Positions 1-9,390 of a stretch of DNA of 64,000 nucleotides are shown piece by piece (position 1 is the stretch's first letter; each line of letters starts with the position of its first letter). This DNA is from an uncultured Clostridia bacterium (lineage in GTDB: Bacteria > Bacillota > Clostridia > Christensenellales > UBA1242), in NCBI GenBank assembly GCA_944383355.1, contig CALWPF010000005.1, positions 4,124 through 68,123 on the forward strand, read 5' to 3'. The notes under the pieces are model-generated. The model was not told the origin of the DNA. It searched no databases and worked only from the letters and a program-made list of their open reading frames with translations. Made by a program: the position numbers and the translations under genes.

Positions 1-1
1 G

Positions 2-229
2 ATAGGCTTTGATAAATTAGATATAATTGATATAGCACGCAAGATAGGTACAATGGAAACTAGTATATTGCCATATGAAGATTGTTGTACAGTTTTTTTA
101 CCAAAAAATCCAGTAACAAAGCCAAGACTGGATAGAGTAGAGCGTGAAGAGAGCAAACTGGATATAGATAAATTAGTTAATGATGCTTATGATACATTAG
201 AGACTATTGACATATCGCCAGAATATTAA
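2..229 (+). CDS. thiI: tRNA 4-thiouridine synthase ThiI, C-terminal fragment (5' end outside window)
   Basis: Frame 2 is open from the window edge to TAA at 227-229. The translation [44 protein letters not shown]... contains the conserved PYEDCCT-F-P--P-TKP block of the ThiI C-terminus. Confidence 0.75.
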   Translation: MGFDKLDIIDIARKIGTMETSILPYEDCCTVFLPKNPVTKPRLDRVEREESKLDIDKLVNDAYDTLETIDISPEY

Positions 230-257
230 TTTTACGAATATTTTATTAATAATAAAC

Positions 258-296
258 AAAAAACCACTCAATAATGATGATTTTGAGTGGTTTTTG
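258..296. terminator. Rho-independent terminator hairpin (A-tract / CCACTCA-loop-TGAGTGG / T-tract), usable in both directions
   Basis: AAAAAACCACTCA (258-270) pairs with TGAGTGGTTTTT (284-295). It lies 30 nt after the thiI stop. Confidence 0.7.
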
Positions 297-298
297 TA

Positions 299-331
299 AT
301 ACTATGCACATTGTTACTGAGTACTATGCAG
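299..331 (+). repeat. Two direct half-site copies of the GTACTATGCA motif family (ATACTATGCAC 299-309; GTACTATGCA 321-330)
   Basis: The string was read directly. The same 10-mer is seen at 16912, 16924, 21237, 50904 and, as its reverse complement, at 21231, 33121 and 33142. Confidence 0.8.
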
Positions 332-632
332 TTTTGTATAACTTTTTTGTAGTATCCAGACTGACTCTGGTAGGATAACAGTGAAATACGCTGTACTTCT
401 TCCTTTATTTATATTTTAGTAATTGTAAGAAAAATAAAACAAAAAAGAAAACAGTGCATTTGGATATTAGCGAGGGTGGAATGATTCGCTAACATACAGT
501 GCAGTGCTGTCTTCTAATCACTATTTTATTATATTTTGAATTTACTGTCAACTTTTTGACTACAAAATTTATTCAAATGTTGCGTTAAATTTTTTATTTA
601 AATTATGTAATTTTTATATTTAAACAAAAATT

Positions 633-2894
633 TTAATCTTTATCTGCTTGCTTTATACTAAGAGAAATCCTCTTCTTCTCCACATCTACTCCTATGACTC
701 TTACTCTTACCTTGTCACCTACGGTCAATTCTTCACTAGGGTGTTTGATGTATCTATCACATATTTGTGATATATGTACCAAACCATCTTGGTGTACACC
801 TATATCTATAAAAGCACCAAAATCTATTACATTGCGCACAGTACCATCTAGATCCATACCAACCTGCAAATCTTCTAACGAGAGTAGGTCGCTACGCAAT
901 ACTGGTTTTGGCAAACTGTCTCTAATATCTCTACCAGGTTTTTGTAATTCGGCTACTATATCTTGTAGCGTCGGTACTCCTATACCACAATAATCCGCAA
1001 CACTTTGCTCACCTTTTTCTTGAATAGCATTAGGTAAATTATTTAAAGCACCATTTTTGATTGCATCTGCATCTAGGTTAAATAGTGCTAATAATTTGTT
1101 GACAGCAGGATAGCTCTCTGGGTGAACAGCTGTATTATCTAATATATTGTCAGCACCAGGAATTCTCAAGAATCCAGCACATTGCTCATATGCTTTTGCG
1201 CCAAGTTTTGGCACATCAAGCAGTTGCTCTCTGGATTTAAAAGACTTTATTTTGTCACGGTATTTTGCTACTTCTTTTGCACTATTACTATTTAATCCAC
1301 TTACTCTAGTGAGTAGTGGTACACTAGCTGTGTTGAGGTCGACACCCACCTCATTTACGCAGTTTTCTACTACGCCTTCTAGCACTTCGCTGAGTCTTTT
1401 TTGTGGCATATCATGTTGATATTGTCCTACACCTATAGATTTTGGGTCAATCTTTATTAGCTCGGCCAATGGGTCTTGGAGCCTACGAGCAATGCTGACA
1501 GCACTGCGTATACTGACATCATATTGGGGAAATTCTTCTGCACCTAGTTTACTTGCACTATATACACTGGCGCCAGCCTCATTTACTATGGCATACTGTA
1601 CTGGCTTATTTAATGTTTTTATTAGATTTGCTACAAATATTTCTGCTTCCTTACTGGCAGTACCATTACCAATACTTATTGTATCAACATTGTTGCGATA
1701 AATCATATCTGTAAGTATTTTTATACTTTCTTCTGTCTTGTTTTGAGGTGGGGTAGGATACACGACACCAGTGTCTAGCACCATACCTTTGCTATCAATT
1801 ACTGCTATCTTGCAACCCGTCCTGTATGCTGGGTCTACTGCCATAATGGTTTTGTTTTTTAATGGTGGTTGCATCAATAAAGGTTTTAGGTTGAGTTCAA
1901 ACATTTTTATTGCCTGTTTGCTAGCATTTTCGGTGAGGGTAGTGCGCAACTCCCTTTCAAGTGATGGCGCTAACAATCTCTCATAACCGTCTTTGATTGC
2001 TCGCACTACAAAATCATGTATCTCCATATCTCCCAATTTGATATCCGCTTTTTTCTCTTTGGTTGTCTTCTTTTCTTGGGTTTCTGTTGTGCTATCAAAT
2101 TCTTTTAGGTATTGTTTTGCATCACCCTTCAAAAATTCTTTGTATAGAGCAGCGAACACTTGTTTTTGCGTAGTCTCATCTAGTTTAAATGCTACTTTTA
2201 TGGCATCTTCTTTTTCGCCACGATTGATAGCTAATATTCTGTGACTAGGCATTGTTTTTATAGTTTCGGAATAATCTTTATAAGTTTCATATGTTTTTGC
2301 TTCGTCTTTTTCGCTAACCCAAGTAGTTGCTAGTTTTGCTCTGTTCCAGTATATATCACGAAGTGCTTTACGGGCATTGGTATGATCAGCAACAATTTCT
2401 GCAATTATATCACTAGCGCCTTGTAGTGCTGATTCTGTATCATTTATACCTTTCTCCTCGTTTACATATGGAGCGGCCATAGTGGCAAGATTTGTATTAG
2501 GTACTTGTTTGAGTATCTCATCAGCTAATGGCTGTAATCCTGCCGCTATTGCGACGCTTGCCCTAGTCTTGCGCTTTGGTCTAAACGGTCTATATATATC
2601 TTCAATCTCTGTGAGCGTTACCGCTTTATCTATACTTGCCTGTATCTCAGGAGTCATATTACCTTGCTCTGTTATGAGATTGGTTACCTCATCTTTTCTC
2701 TTTTGTAGGTTGCGTAGATAATTGAGGTCATCTGCAAAACTACGAATAGTTTGATCATCGCAGGTACCATGCATCTCTTTTCTATATCTTGCGATAAAGG
2801 GTATAGTGCAACCTTCGTCCAATAAACTAATTAAATTTTGTGCGTGAATAGGTTTTAAACCATAACGCTCTGCTAATACTTGATAAAATTCCAT
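633..2894 (-). CDS. tex: Tex-like transcription accessory protein (YqgF/RuvX-like, HhH and C-terminal S1 domains)
   Basis: 753-aa ORF. The N-terminus ...IPFIARYRKE... and the C-terminal S1 block GTVRNVIDFGAFIDIGVHQDGLVHISQ are typical of Tex/YhgF. Confidence 0.93.
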   Translation of the reverse strand: MEFYQVLAERYGLKPIHAQNLISLLDEGCTIPFIARYRKEMHGTCDDQTIRSFADDLNYLRNLQKRKDEVTNLITEQGNMTPEIQASIDKAVTLTEIEDIYRPFRPKRKTRASVAIAAGLQPLADEILKQVPNTNLATMAAPYVNEEKGINDTESALQGASDIIAEIVADHTNARKALRDIYWNRAKLATTWVSEKDEAKTYETYKDYSETIKTMPSHRILAINRGEKEDAIKVAFKLDETTQKQVFAALYKEFLKGDAKQYLKEFDSTTETQEKKTTKEKKADIKLGDMEIHDFVVRAIKDGYERLLAPSLERELRTTLTENASKQAIKMFELNLKPLLMQPPLKNKTIMAVDPAYRTGCKIAVIDSKGMVLDTGVVYPTPPQNKTEESIKILTDMIYRNNVDTISIGNGTASKEAEIFVANLIKTLNKPVQYAIVNEAGASVYSASKLGAEEFPQYDVSIRSAVSIARRLQDPLAELIKIDPKSIGVGQYQHDMPQKRLSEVLEGVVENCVNEVGVDLNTASVPLLTRVSGLNSNSAKEVAKYRDKIKSFKSREQLLDVPKLGAKAYEQCAGFLRIPGADNILDNTAVHPESYPAVNKLLALFNLDADAIKNGALNNLPNAIQEKGEQSVADYCGIGVPTLQDIVAELQKPGRDIRDSLPKPVLRSDLLSLEDLQVGMDLDGTVRNVIDFGAFIDIGVHQDGLVHISQICDRYIKHPSEELTVGDKVRVRVIGVDVEKKRISLSIKQADKD

Positions 2895-3070
2895 TTGTAA
2901 TTTCTCCGATAGTAATTGTTCATAAGAGAGGATTAGTTACACGTTAATTTTGCAATAGTTAGGGTAGTGTAGGCAGTGTGCGTCATATGATAATCATATA
3001 AATAAAAACACCAAAGTTCCCTAGTGCCTATTAAAATATTTGCGGATATTAACCCTCTAATATCTTACAA

Positions 3071-3099
3071 ATTATACCATACTTACCGTTTTTTGACAA
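3071..3099 (-). promoter_or_regulatory. Sigma-A type promoter for tex (TTGTCA-17-TATAAT on minus strand)
   Basis: The reverse complement reads TTGTCA aaaaacggtaagtatgg TATAAT. It implies a ~170-nt leader before the tex ATG at 2894. Confidence 0.55.
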
Positions 3100-3131
3100 T
3101 CATTTTATAACTTTGTGTATATTAGCTTCAC

Positions 3132-3169
3132 AAAACAAAAAAGTTCTCAAAATCACAATGAGAACTTTT
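3132..3169 (-). terminator. Rho-independent terminator of the 3179..4414 gene
   Basis: AAAAGTTCTCA (3139-3149) pairs with TGAGAACTTTT (3159-3169). On the minus strand the hairpin is followed by TTTTTTGTTTTG. Confidence 0.75.
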
Positions 3170-3178
3170 AATTTTTAA

Positions 3179-4414
3179 CTATTTTTTTGTGTTTTTGTTT
3201 TTACTACCAGCAGGTCTACCACGTTTTTTAGGTGTTGATGTTTGAGCTTTTTCTTTGGTTGATTTATTTTTGCTACCAGCAGGTCTGCCTCTGCCTCTTT
3301 TTGTAATATTGCCATCTTGGGTATTTTGCACAATTTCGGTATCATTAGCGTTATTATCATTGGTATTGATTTTTTCTATCGAGGCTTGATCTGTATCTAA
3401 TACATCGAGTTTAATCTGTGCAGTATCTGGCTCAGCAGTAGTAGCAAATACATTAGCCAACTCTTGCTCACTCAATTGCAACTTTTCTTGTTGCTCTTGT
3501 TGTTCTTTTTCTAATTTTTCTTGCTTTTCAATAGATTCATCTAATTGTTTTTCTTCGAGTTGCTCTTGTTCTTTTATGCGTTGATCTGCCAATTTCTCTT
3601 CTTGAGCGAGTTGCCTTGCTAGTGCTTTTGCATTTTCTCTTTCTTGTTTTGCTCGTTCTTTTGCCTGCTTCTTTTCTAGTGCTTGTTGTTGTTTGTACAG
3701 TTTACGAGCCTCTTTTTTTGATGATGTATCTTGTGCCGCTAATGCTGATTCTGCAATGTCTTTGTTGGCGTTATCTACAGCATTTTTCATTGCCTCTACT
3801 TCATCATTTTTCTCAGCTTGCTTTGCCCTTTTGGCTAATAGTGCAATTTCCTTTTCGCTAATACGGCGCTCTTTTTCTGCAATTTTTGCTTGGCGTCGCA
3901 ATTCTTTTGACTCACGTTTTGCTTGTTCCATACGTTCTTTTTCGAGTACTTGCTGTATCATACTCTCATCTGCGGTATTAGGAGTGTTTTGAGCTCTATC
4001 CATGCTTTCTTTTATCTGTGCATGCACTAATTCTCTAAATTTATCCTTATTAGCAGGGGAGATTAGTATTGATTTTATTTTACCATTTTTTACATATCGT
4101 ATGCAAATTCTGTTAAAACTTAGCGCTGGAGCAAAGGTGAATTTTTCTACATCTGTCATAGATATTATATTGTGGTAATCAATTTTATAGTTAATCAAAA
4201 AAATCCCACAGTTGATCTTGAGAGCGTCTTTATCTATGTCATAATAGGTAAAGAAATATACTGGGCCAACTATTAAAACCAGCAATAACATCATTACTAG
4301 CACTGGTATCCATACACCTAGCACAGCCCATACCACAAAAAAGAGTAGGGTGAGTACACTGAGTATTAATATGGTGATGAACATACTGTCGCCAATTTTT
4401 GATTTCATTCTCAT
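3179..4414 (-). CDS. Membrane-anchored bacterial PH-like domain protein with a long E/K/Q coiled-coil and two C-terminal AT-hook motifs
   Basis: There are two N-terminal TM helices. A bPH-like block follows (LKINCGIFLINYKIDYHNIISM...APALSFNRICIRY...ISPANKDKF), then ~200 aa of charged low complexity. The C-terminus is KRGRGRPAGSKNK...KKRGRPAGSKNK. SD GGAGG lies 9 nt upstream of the ATG. Confidence 0.7.
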   Translation of the reverse strand: MRMKSKIGDSMFITILILSVLTLLFFVVWAVLGVWIPVLVMMLLLVLIVGPVYFFTYYDIDKDALKINCGIFLINYKIDYHNIISMTDVEKFTFAPALSFNRICIRYVKNGKIKSILISPANKDKFRELVHAQIKESMDRAQNTPNTADESMIQQVLEKERMEQAKRESKELRRQAKIAEKERRISEKEIALLAKRAKQAEKNDEVEAMKNAVDNANKDIAESALAAQDTSSKKEARKLYKQQQALEKKQAKERAKQERENAKALARQLAQEEKLADQRIKEQEQLEEKQLDESIEKQEKLEKEQQEQQEKLQLSEQELANVFATTAEPDTAQIKLDVLDTDQASIEKINTNDNNANDTEIVQNTQDGNITKRGRGRPAGSKNKSTKEKAQTSTPKKRGRPAGSKNKNTKK

Positions 4415-4526
4415 ATCAAAAAACCTCCATAGTTGACATTAGCTGTTATTATGTCAACATCTTATTACTTTTATATTATCAAAGCAAATATCAAAAAGTA
4501 AAGTAATTTGTGGACAAATGTAAAAT

Positions 4527-4868
4527 TTATTGCTCATTTACACTGGTGACTACCACATCTACACCGGTATCGCAAACATTTTTTATGAATATGTCACTTG
4601 GTTTATATTTTTTTTGTAGAGGAGCATCTTTTATTGCTTTTAATACATCAAAATATAGTTTTTTAGGGACATCTGCACTCGTACGCAATGCGATAGTGCC
4701 CCTAGGGGTGGCCTTGACTGTTGTCACCGTTCTCTGTGGAGAGACAAATTCTTGTTTGCCATATTCGGCGCCTCTAGGGCAACTATTGCCAGTTACCACC
4801 ACATTCCCGTCAACTTTTTCTATATGCAAATGGCAACCTATTGGACATCTAATGCAAATAATATCCAT
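4527..4868 (-). CDS. DUF1667 domain protein, small subunit of the clostridial-type glycerol-3-phosphate dehydrogenase cluster
   Basis: 113 aa. The N-terminal C-x2-C-x3-C...C-P-R-G pattern (CIRCPIGCHL...GNSCPRGAEYG) is typical of DUF1667. SD AAGGAGA. It sits last in the glp operon. Confidence 0.8.
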   Translation of the reverse strand: MDIICIRCPIGCHLHIEKVDGNVVVTGNSCPRGAEYGKQEFVSPQRTVTTVKATPRGTIALRTSADVPKKLYFDVLKAIKDAPLQKKYKPSDIFIKNVCDTGVDVVVTSVNEQ

Positions 4869-4883
4869 ATATAGTATCTCCTT

Positions 4884-6128
4884 TTATTGAGGGTCTATTG
4901 ATAGGGTGAGACCTTCTTTTATTTTTGATTTGTCTATTTTGAGAGTTTGCATTTCTCCAGCTGTTAATACTGGGGCAGGGCGTTTACTGATTACCTCGCC
5001 ATCACTCAAGGCATAAATTGCTACTCTTCGGTATTCTTTATCCACACGAAAAGCTATAGATAGCTCCCCATGTTTATCATTATAAAAGTTCTTTGGTGCA
5101 GTATATTTGATGTGTTCGTCATGTTTTATCTCAATAGGCTTACCTCTAGTTAATTTACCTAGAGCGTATAGGGCAGCAGATGTACCAGCATGTTCCCCCT
5201 CGTGAGATACATTGTCTACCAAGTCATTTACATGTAATACATTACCAGCAACAAACAAACCATCTTCGCTAGTTTGTAAATGTTCATCTACGGCAAAACT
5301 GTTGGTAGCACGCAATTTTTCTAAATTAAATTTATCTACCAATTCGACCTCAGGAATTAACCCAACTGACAATAATAGTGTGTCACATTTTACTAATTTT
5401 TCTTGACTATAGTCTGGTTTACCATTTGTGACGGGAGCAACCATTACTCCTTGGACTCGTTTTTTACCTATTACTTTAGTTATGGTTGTGCTAAGATGTA
5501 GAGGGATATTAAAGTCGAGTAAACATTGTGTAACATTACGAGCCAGTCCTCCACAATTGGGCATAATTTCGTATACACCCAATACATTTGCGCCTTCACA
5601 CGTTAGTCTACGTGCCATTATCAGTCCTATGTCTCCAGAGCCTTGTATAACTACATTTTTACCAATCATTTTTCCTTGCAAGTTTACAATTGCTTGTGCT
5701 GCTCCAGCAGAAAAAATACCTGCCACACGGTTACCACCTAGGTCAATGGCTCCAGCAGGGCGCTCTCGACACCCCATTGTCAGTACAACACTTTTTGCTG
5801 TCAAATATTGTAAGCCATCTGGACTTACTATCTTAATCTCAAAATTTCCATCGCTGTTTTTTGTAATATCAGTAACGGAGGAGTTGCATTTCACTTTTAC
5901 CTTTTTACATTTATCCAGCATTTCTGCAAACTTTCTAGCATATTCTGGTCCTGTTAATTCTGCGCCAAAGTAATGCAGTCCAAAGCCATTGTGAATACAT
6001 TGATTGAGGATTCCACCTAATCTATATTCCCTTTCTATTAATGCTACTTTTGCGCCCTCTTTTGATGCGGATATTGCACTGGCGATTCCTGCTGGCCCAC
6101 CGCCGATTATTGCTACATCTACCTTCAT
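4884..6128 (-). CDS. NAD(P)/FAD-dependent (pyridine nucleotide-disulfide type) oxidoreductase of the glp cluster
   Basis: N-terminal dinucleotide fold VAIIGGGPAGIASA and a second GxGxxG (VIQGSGDIGL). It lies between the GlpA-like and DUF1667 genes. Confidence 0.8.
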   Translation of the reverse strand: MKVDVAIIGGGPAGIASAISASKEGAKVALIEREYRLGGILNQCIHNGFGLHYFGAELTGPEYARKFAEMLDKCKKVKVKCNSSVTDITKNSDGNFEIKIVSPDGLQYLTAKSVVLTMGCRERPAGAIDLGGNRVAGIFSAGAAQAIVNLQGKMIGKNVVIQGSGDIGLIMARRLTCEGANVLGVYEIMPNCGGLARNVTQCLLDFNIPLHLSTTITKVIGKKRVQGVMVAPVTNGKPDYSQEKLVKCDTLLLSVGLIPEVELVDKFNLEKLRATNSFAVDEHLQTSEDGLFVAGNVLHVNDLVDNVSHEGEHAGTSAALYALGKLTRGKPIEIKHDEHIKYTAPKNFYNDKHGELSIAFRVDKEYRRVAIYALSDGEVISKRPAPVLTAGEMQTLKIDKSKIKEGLTLSIDPQ

Positions 6129-6137
6129 ATTGTGCTC

Positions 6138-7655
6138 CTATGATTTTTTCACTTTTTCAACTAACTTTTTTACATTTTTACGCTTCAAGAATTCACCATT
6201 TTCTTTTAAATTTGCTAGTATCAACTCACTACCTTTACCGCATAATGTTACTTCTTCCTTTGGTATATTGCACTCTTTACTAATTATTTTAATCAATTTA
6301 GGTAAGCAAAAACTACCTTGACACCTGCCCATGTCTGGTCGTATTCTGCGTTTTATGGCATCTATAGAGCGAGGGTGTAGTGGACTATGCAATACATCTA
6401 TTATTTCTCCCAAACTAATTGCCTCACATCTGCATATAATTTGCCCATAATTAGGGTTCTTTTTGATTATAGCCTTTAATTGTTTTCTGTCCATACTAGC
6501 AAGGTCAGGGTATGGTGTACGTGAGATGAATTTAATTGTTTTTGTCTTGAGTCCGTCTTTGAGTAATTCATTTTTAAGGTAAACTGCTATAGCTGGTGCG
6601 GCTGTGAGCCCAGGAGATTGGATACCCATGGTATAAAAGTAATGTGGTAATTTATCTGCTTTTTGTATTACAAAATCGTTTCCGCATTTAGCTCTTACAC
6701 CGGCAAATAATTTTATCGTTTTACGGAAATTAGGTATCTTTACTGACAATGTAACTTTGTTTTTTATCTCGTCTAATCCTGCGTGATCTACAGATGTGTC
6801 ATCAGGAGCACTAGGGGTAGCAGTAGGTCCAAACATTACATTGCCATGTAGTGTTGGTATTGCTAATATTCCTTTACTGATTGGGGTAGGGAGAGGGAAT
6901 ATTGGTCTATTTACAAATCCTCCCTGTGATTTATCTAACAGTATATATTCACCTTTTACAAAAGTGCAAGTTTTACTTGGTATCCCCAACATTTTATTAA
7001 TATCATTTGCACTCGCCCCAGCGCAGTTTACTACAAAACGAGCTTTAATAGGCTCCAAACTACCTTTTTGTCTAGAGTAAATGTTATAAACATTATTTTC
7101 GTGTGTGATTTTATTTACTTCAAATTCTAATTTTACAGTACCACCATTAATAATACCTTCCTCGGCCAATGCCACACATACAAGGTATGGACTAACTATT
7201 GCTCCAGTAGGTGCATAGAGTGCACAGGTTATTCTATCCGCTAGATTTGGCTCCATTTGTCTTAGCTCTTGGTCTTTTACAATTTTTAGCCCTGGTACGC
7301 CATTTTGTTGGCCTCTGTCATACAGCTCTTGTAATTTAGGTAAATCATCATCACAACCAACTAGTAGAGTACCACATTTCTTTATACCAACTCCCAATCT
7401 TTCACACATACTGGGGTACATAGCATTACCTAGTACATTATATTTTGCCATCAATGTGCCAGGCTTTGGGTCATATCCAGAGTGTACGATACCACTGTTG
7501 GCTTTACTGCTGCCATTACTTACATCATCGTTTGCTTCCAATAATACACAATCCGCTCCCGCTCGCGCCAATTCACTAAATAGTGCGGTTCCGACTATAC
7601 CTCCTCCTATAATTGCTACATCAAACTCTTGTCGAGTGTCGCTTGTTTTTTTCAT
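6138..7655 (-). CDS. glpA: FAD-dependent glycerol-3-phosphate dehydrogenase/oxidase with BFD-like [2Fe-2S] domain
   Basis: The DAO fold DVAIIGGGIVGTA is present. The C-terminal block CRCEAISLGEI...MGRCQGSFC is BFD-like. I preferred the ATG at 7655 (MKKTSD...) over the TTG extension at 7697. Confidence 0.82.
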   Translation of the reverse strand: MKKTSDTRQEFDVAIIGGGIVGTALFSELARAGADCVLLEANDDVSNGSSKANSGIVHSGYDPKPGTLMAKYNVLGNAMYPSMCERLGVGIKKCGTLLVGCDDDLPKLQELYDRGQQNGVPGLKIVKDQELRQMEPNLADRITCALYAPTGAIVSPYLVCVALAEEGIINGGTVKLEFEVNKITHENNVYNIYSRQKGSLEPIKARFVVNCAGASANDINKMLGIPSKTCTFVKGEYILLDKSQGGFVNRPIFPLPTPISKGILAIPTLHGNVMFGPTATPSAPDDTSVDHAGLDEIKNKVTLSVKIPNFRKTIKLFAGVRAKCGNDFVIQKADKLPHYFYTMGIQSPGLTAAPAIAVYLKNELLKDGLKTKTIKFISRTPYPDLASMDRKQLKAIIKKNPNYGQIICRCEAISLGEIIDVLHSPLHPRSIDAIKRRIRPDMGRCQGSFCLPKLIKIISKECNIPKEEVTLCGKGSELILANLKENGEFLKRKNVKKLVEKVKKS

Positions 7656-7802
7656 ATAGTTTGTATACCTCTCTATTTTTAATGAAATTATTCGCAAAAC
7701 AATATAGCAAAAAGGATAATTTTAATAATTTCTATTATCATATTAATATTACTTATTATGTCTAATTAAGTCAAATAAATGCTAGAAAAAAGGTAAATTT
7801 GT

Positions 7803-7831
7803 TTGTAAAAAGTAAAGTTAAATGATACAAT
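7803..7831 (+). promoter_or_regulatory. Candidate sigma-A promoter of glpK (TTGTAA-17-TACAAT)
   Basis: Read directly. It lies 33 nt upstream of the glpK ATG, and SD AGGAG is at 7852. Confidence 0.45.
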
Positions 7832-7863
7832 AAAAACATAGTTTAGTATATTAGGAGCAGTCA

Positions 7864-9357
7864 ATGGATAATAAGCAACGATATATTTTGGCGATTGATG
7901 CTGGTACCACTAGCGTTAGGACACTTTTATACGATGTGGTTAATAATAAATTGACAGATATACATGGGTCAAAGATTACTCAGGCATATCCACACAAGGG
8001 GTGGGTAGACCAAGATGCTAATGAGATTTGGCAAAAGATACACAATAATTTATTACAGACATTACGGGGTATAGATGAGGCAGAGATAGTTGGACTAGGT
8101 ATTACCAATCAACGTGAGACTGTACTTATGTGGGATAGGCGTACAGGTGAGCCTATAGCACCAGCTATTTGTTGGCAGGATAGACGCACTGAGCAACAGT
8201 GCCTAGCTCTTGCTAAGGATCCTAGGATCGTAGAGATGATTCATGACAAGACAGGTCTTTTCCCAAACAGTTATTTTAGCGCTAGCAAGATTAAATGGTT
8301 ATTGGATAACTGCTATGAGGCTAGAGCGTTGCTTGAGCAAGGTAATCTCTGTTGTGGTAATATAGATAGCTATTTGGTTTTTAGACTGACTGAGGGCAAG
8401 AGTTTTGTAACTGATGCAACTAACGCTAGTAGGACTATGTTATTTAATATTTACAACAATGAATGGGATAACGATTTGCTGGAGTTGTTTGGGGTACCTA
8501 GTAGTATCTTGCCTACAATCATAGATAGCAATGCTATTATTGGAGAGACTGTCTTGGCAGGTAAAACTGTGCGCATAGGTGGTATTTTGGGAGATCAACA
8601 GGCATCTTTGTTTGGACAGGCATGCTTTGACGAGGGGAATGTAAAATGTACTTATGGTACTGGTGGCTTTTTGTTACTGAATGTTGGTAAAAAAACTAAA
8701 TTAACTAAGGGCTCTCGTAGCCTTACAACTATTGCTTGGCGTATCAATGGTGTCACCACATATGCGATAGAGGGTAGTATATATAATGCTGGTAGTTGTG
8801 TCAGTTGGCTAGAGGATAATATGCACATTATCAAAAATGCTCAAGAAAGTGCAGAGATTGGATTAAGTGTAGAAAATACAGATGGAGTATATTTTGTGCC
8901 AGCACTCAGTGGCTTGGGTGCTCCATACTGGGACGGTAATGCAAAAGGTATGTTTACTGGTCTTACCCTTGACACTACTAGAGCACATGTTGTGAGAGCA
9001 GTATTGGAGAGCGTTTGCTATAACACCCGTGCTATTGTTGAGGAAATGTGTAGAGATAGTCACGTCAAAATTAGTGGGATTCGTGTTGATGGTGGCATGA
9101 CACGTAACCCATTAGTAATGCAAACGCAGAGTGATACACTACAATCAGAAATCATATTATCTAGTGAGCCTGAATGTACCTCGATTGGTGCAGCATTTAT
9201 ATGTGGGTTGACATTTGGTGTATTTAGAGATCTTGATGATTTACGGGCAAGATACAAGATCGGTGATGTTTATGAGCCAAAGATATCCAAAAAAATTGCG
9301 GACAAGTATTACAGTGAATGGCAGGAAGCGGTGGATAGGGCACTGACAAAAGATTAA
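7864..9357 (+). CDS. glpK: Glycerol kinase
   Basis: 497 aa. YILAIDAGTTSVRTLLYD, ITNQRET and GDQQASLFGQ are FGGY-family GlpK signatures. Confidence 0.95.
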   Translation: MDNKQRYILAIDAGTTSVRTLLYDVVNNKLTDIHGSKITQAYPHKGWVDQDANEIWQKIHNNLLQTLRGIDEAEIVGLGITNQRETVLMWDRRTGEPIAPAICWQDRRTEQQCLALAKDPRIVEMIHDKTGLFPNSYFSASKIKWLLDNCYEARALLEQGNLCCGNIDSYLVFRLTEGKSFVTDATNASRTMLFNIYNNEWDNDLLELFGVPSSILPTIIDSNAIIGETVLAGKTVRIGGILGDQQASLFGQACFDEGNVKCTYGTGGFLLLNVGKKTKLTKGSRSLTTIAWRINGVTTYAIEGSIYNAGSCVSWLEDNMHIIKNAQESAEIGLSVENTDGVYFVPALSGLGAPYWDGNAKGMFTGLTLDTTRAHVVRAVLESVCYNTRAIVEEMCRDSHVKISGIRVDGGMTRNPLVMQTQSDTLQSEIILSSEPECTSIGAAFICGLTFGVFRDLDDLRARYKIGDVYEPKISKKIADKYYSEWQEAVDRALTKD

Positions 9358-9390
9358 ATTTGTAAATTAGTAAAATAGGAGGAAAAGAAA

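Noticed and set aside
409-495. A 28-codon minus-strand ORF (MLANHSTLANIQMHCFLFCFIFLTITKI) in the thiI-tex gap could be a type I toxin-like hydrophobic peptide.
   Set aside because: It has no Shine-Dalgarno sequence upstream, no charged C-terminus typical of such toxins and no evident antisense RNA promoter. It cannot be supported from sequence alone.
694-2721. A series of 69-99-aa plus-strand ORFs lies inside tex (694..993, 1147..1419, 1492..1701, 1771..1986, 1993..2244, 2482..2721).
   Set aside because: All are antisense to a well-supported 753-aa Tex gene. They have Ser/Leu/Cys/Phe-rich nonsense composition and no SD, which is typical of shadow ORFs.
2895-3070. The ~170-nt tex leader could be a riboswitch or attenuator.
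   Set aside because: I could not find a convincing terminator/antiterminator pair or any known riboswitch core. The promoter call itself is only moderate, so this is left as an unannotated leader.
5428-5973. A 181-aa plus-strand ORF lies antisense to the FAD oxidoreductase gene.
   Set aside because: It is long, but it is wholly embedded antisense in a gene with clear dinucleotide-binding motifs. Its composition is Pro/Ser/Thr/Ile-rich without motifs and it has no RBS.
7656-7697. Several ORF-track N-termini are longer than I annotated (TTG at 7697 for glpA; also 12040 for comEB, 13080, 42294, 45183, 49040, 52245 and 60825).
   Set aside because: In each case an internal ATG or GTG has a properly spaced SD and gives the N-terminus expected for the family. 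Alternatively, a predicted promoter or the upstream gene lies within the extension.
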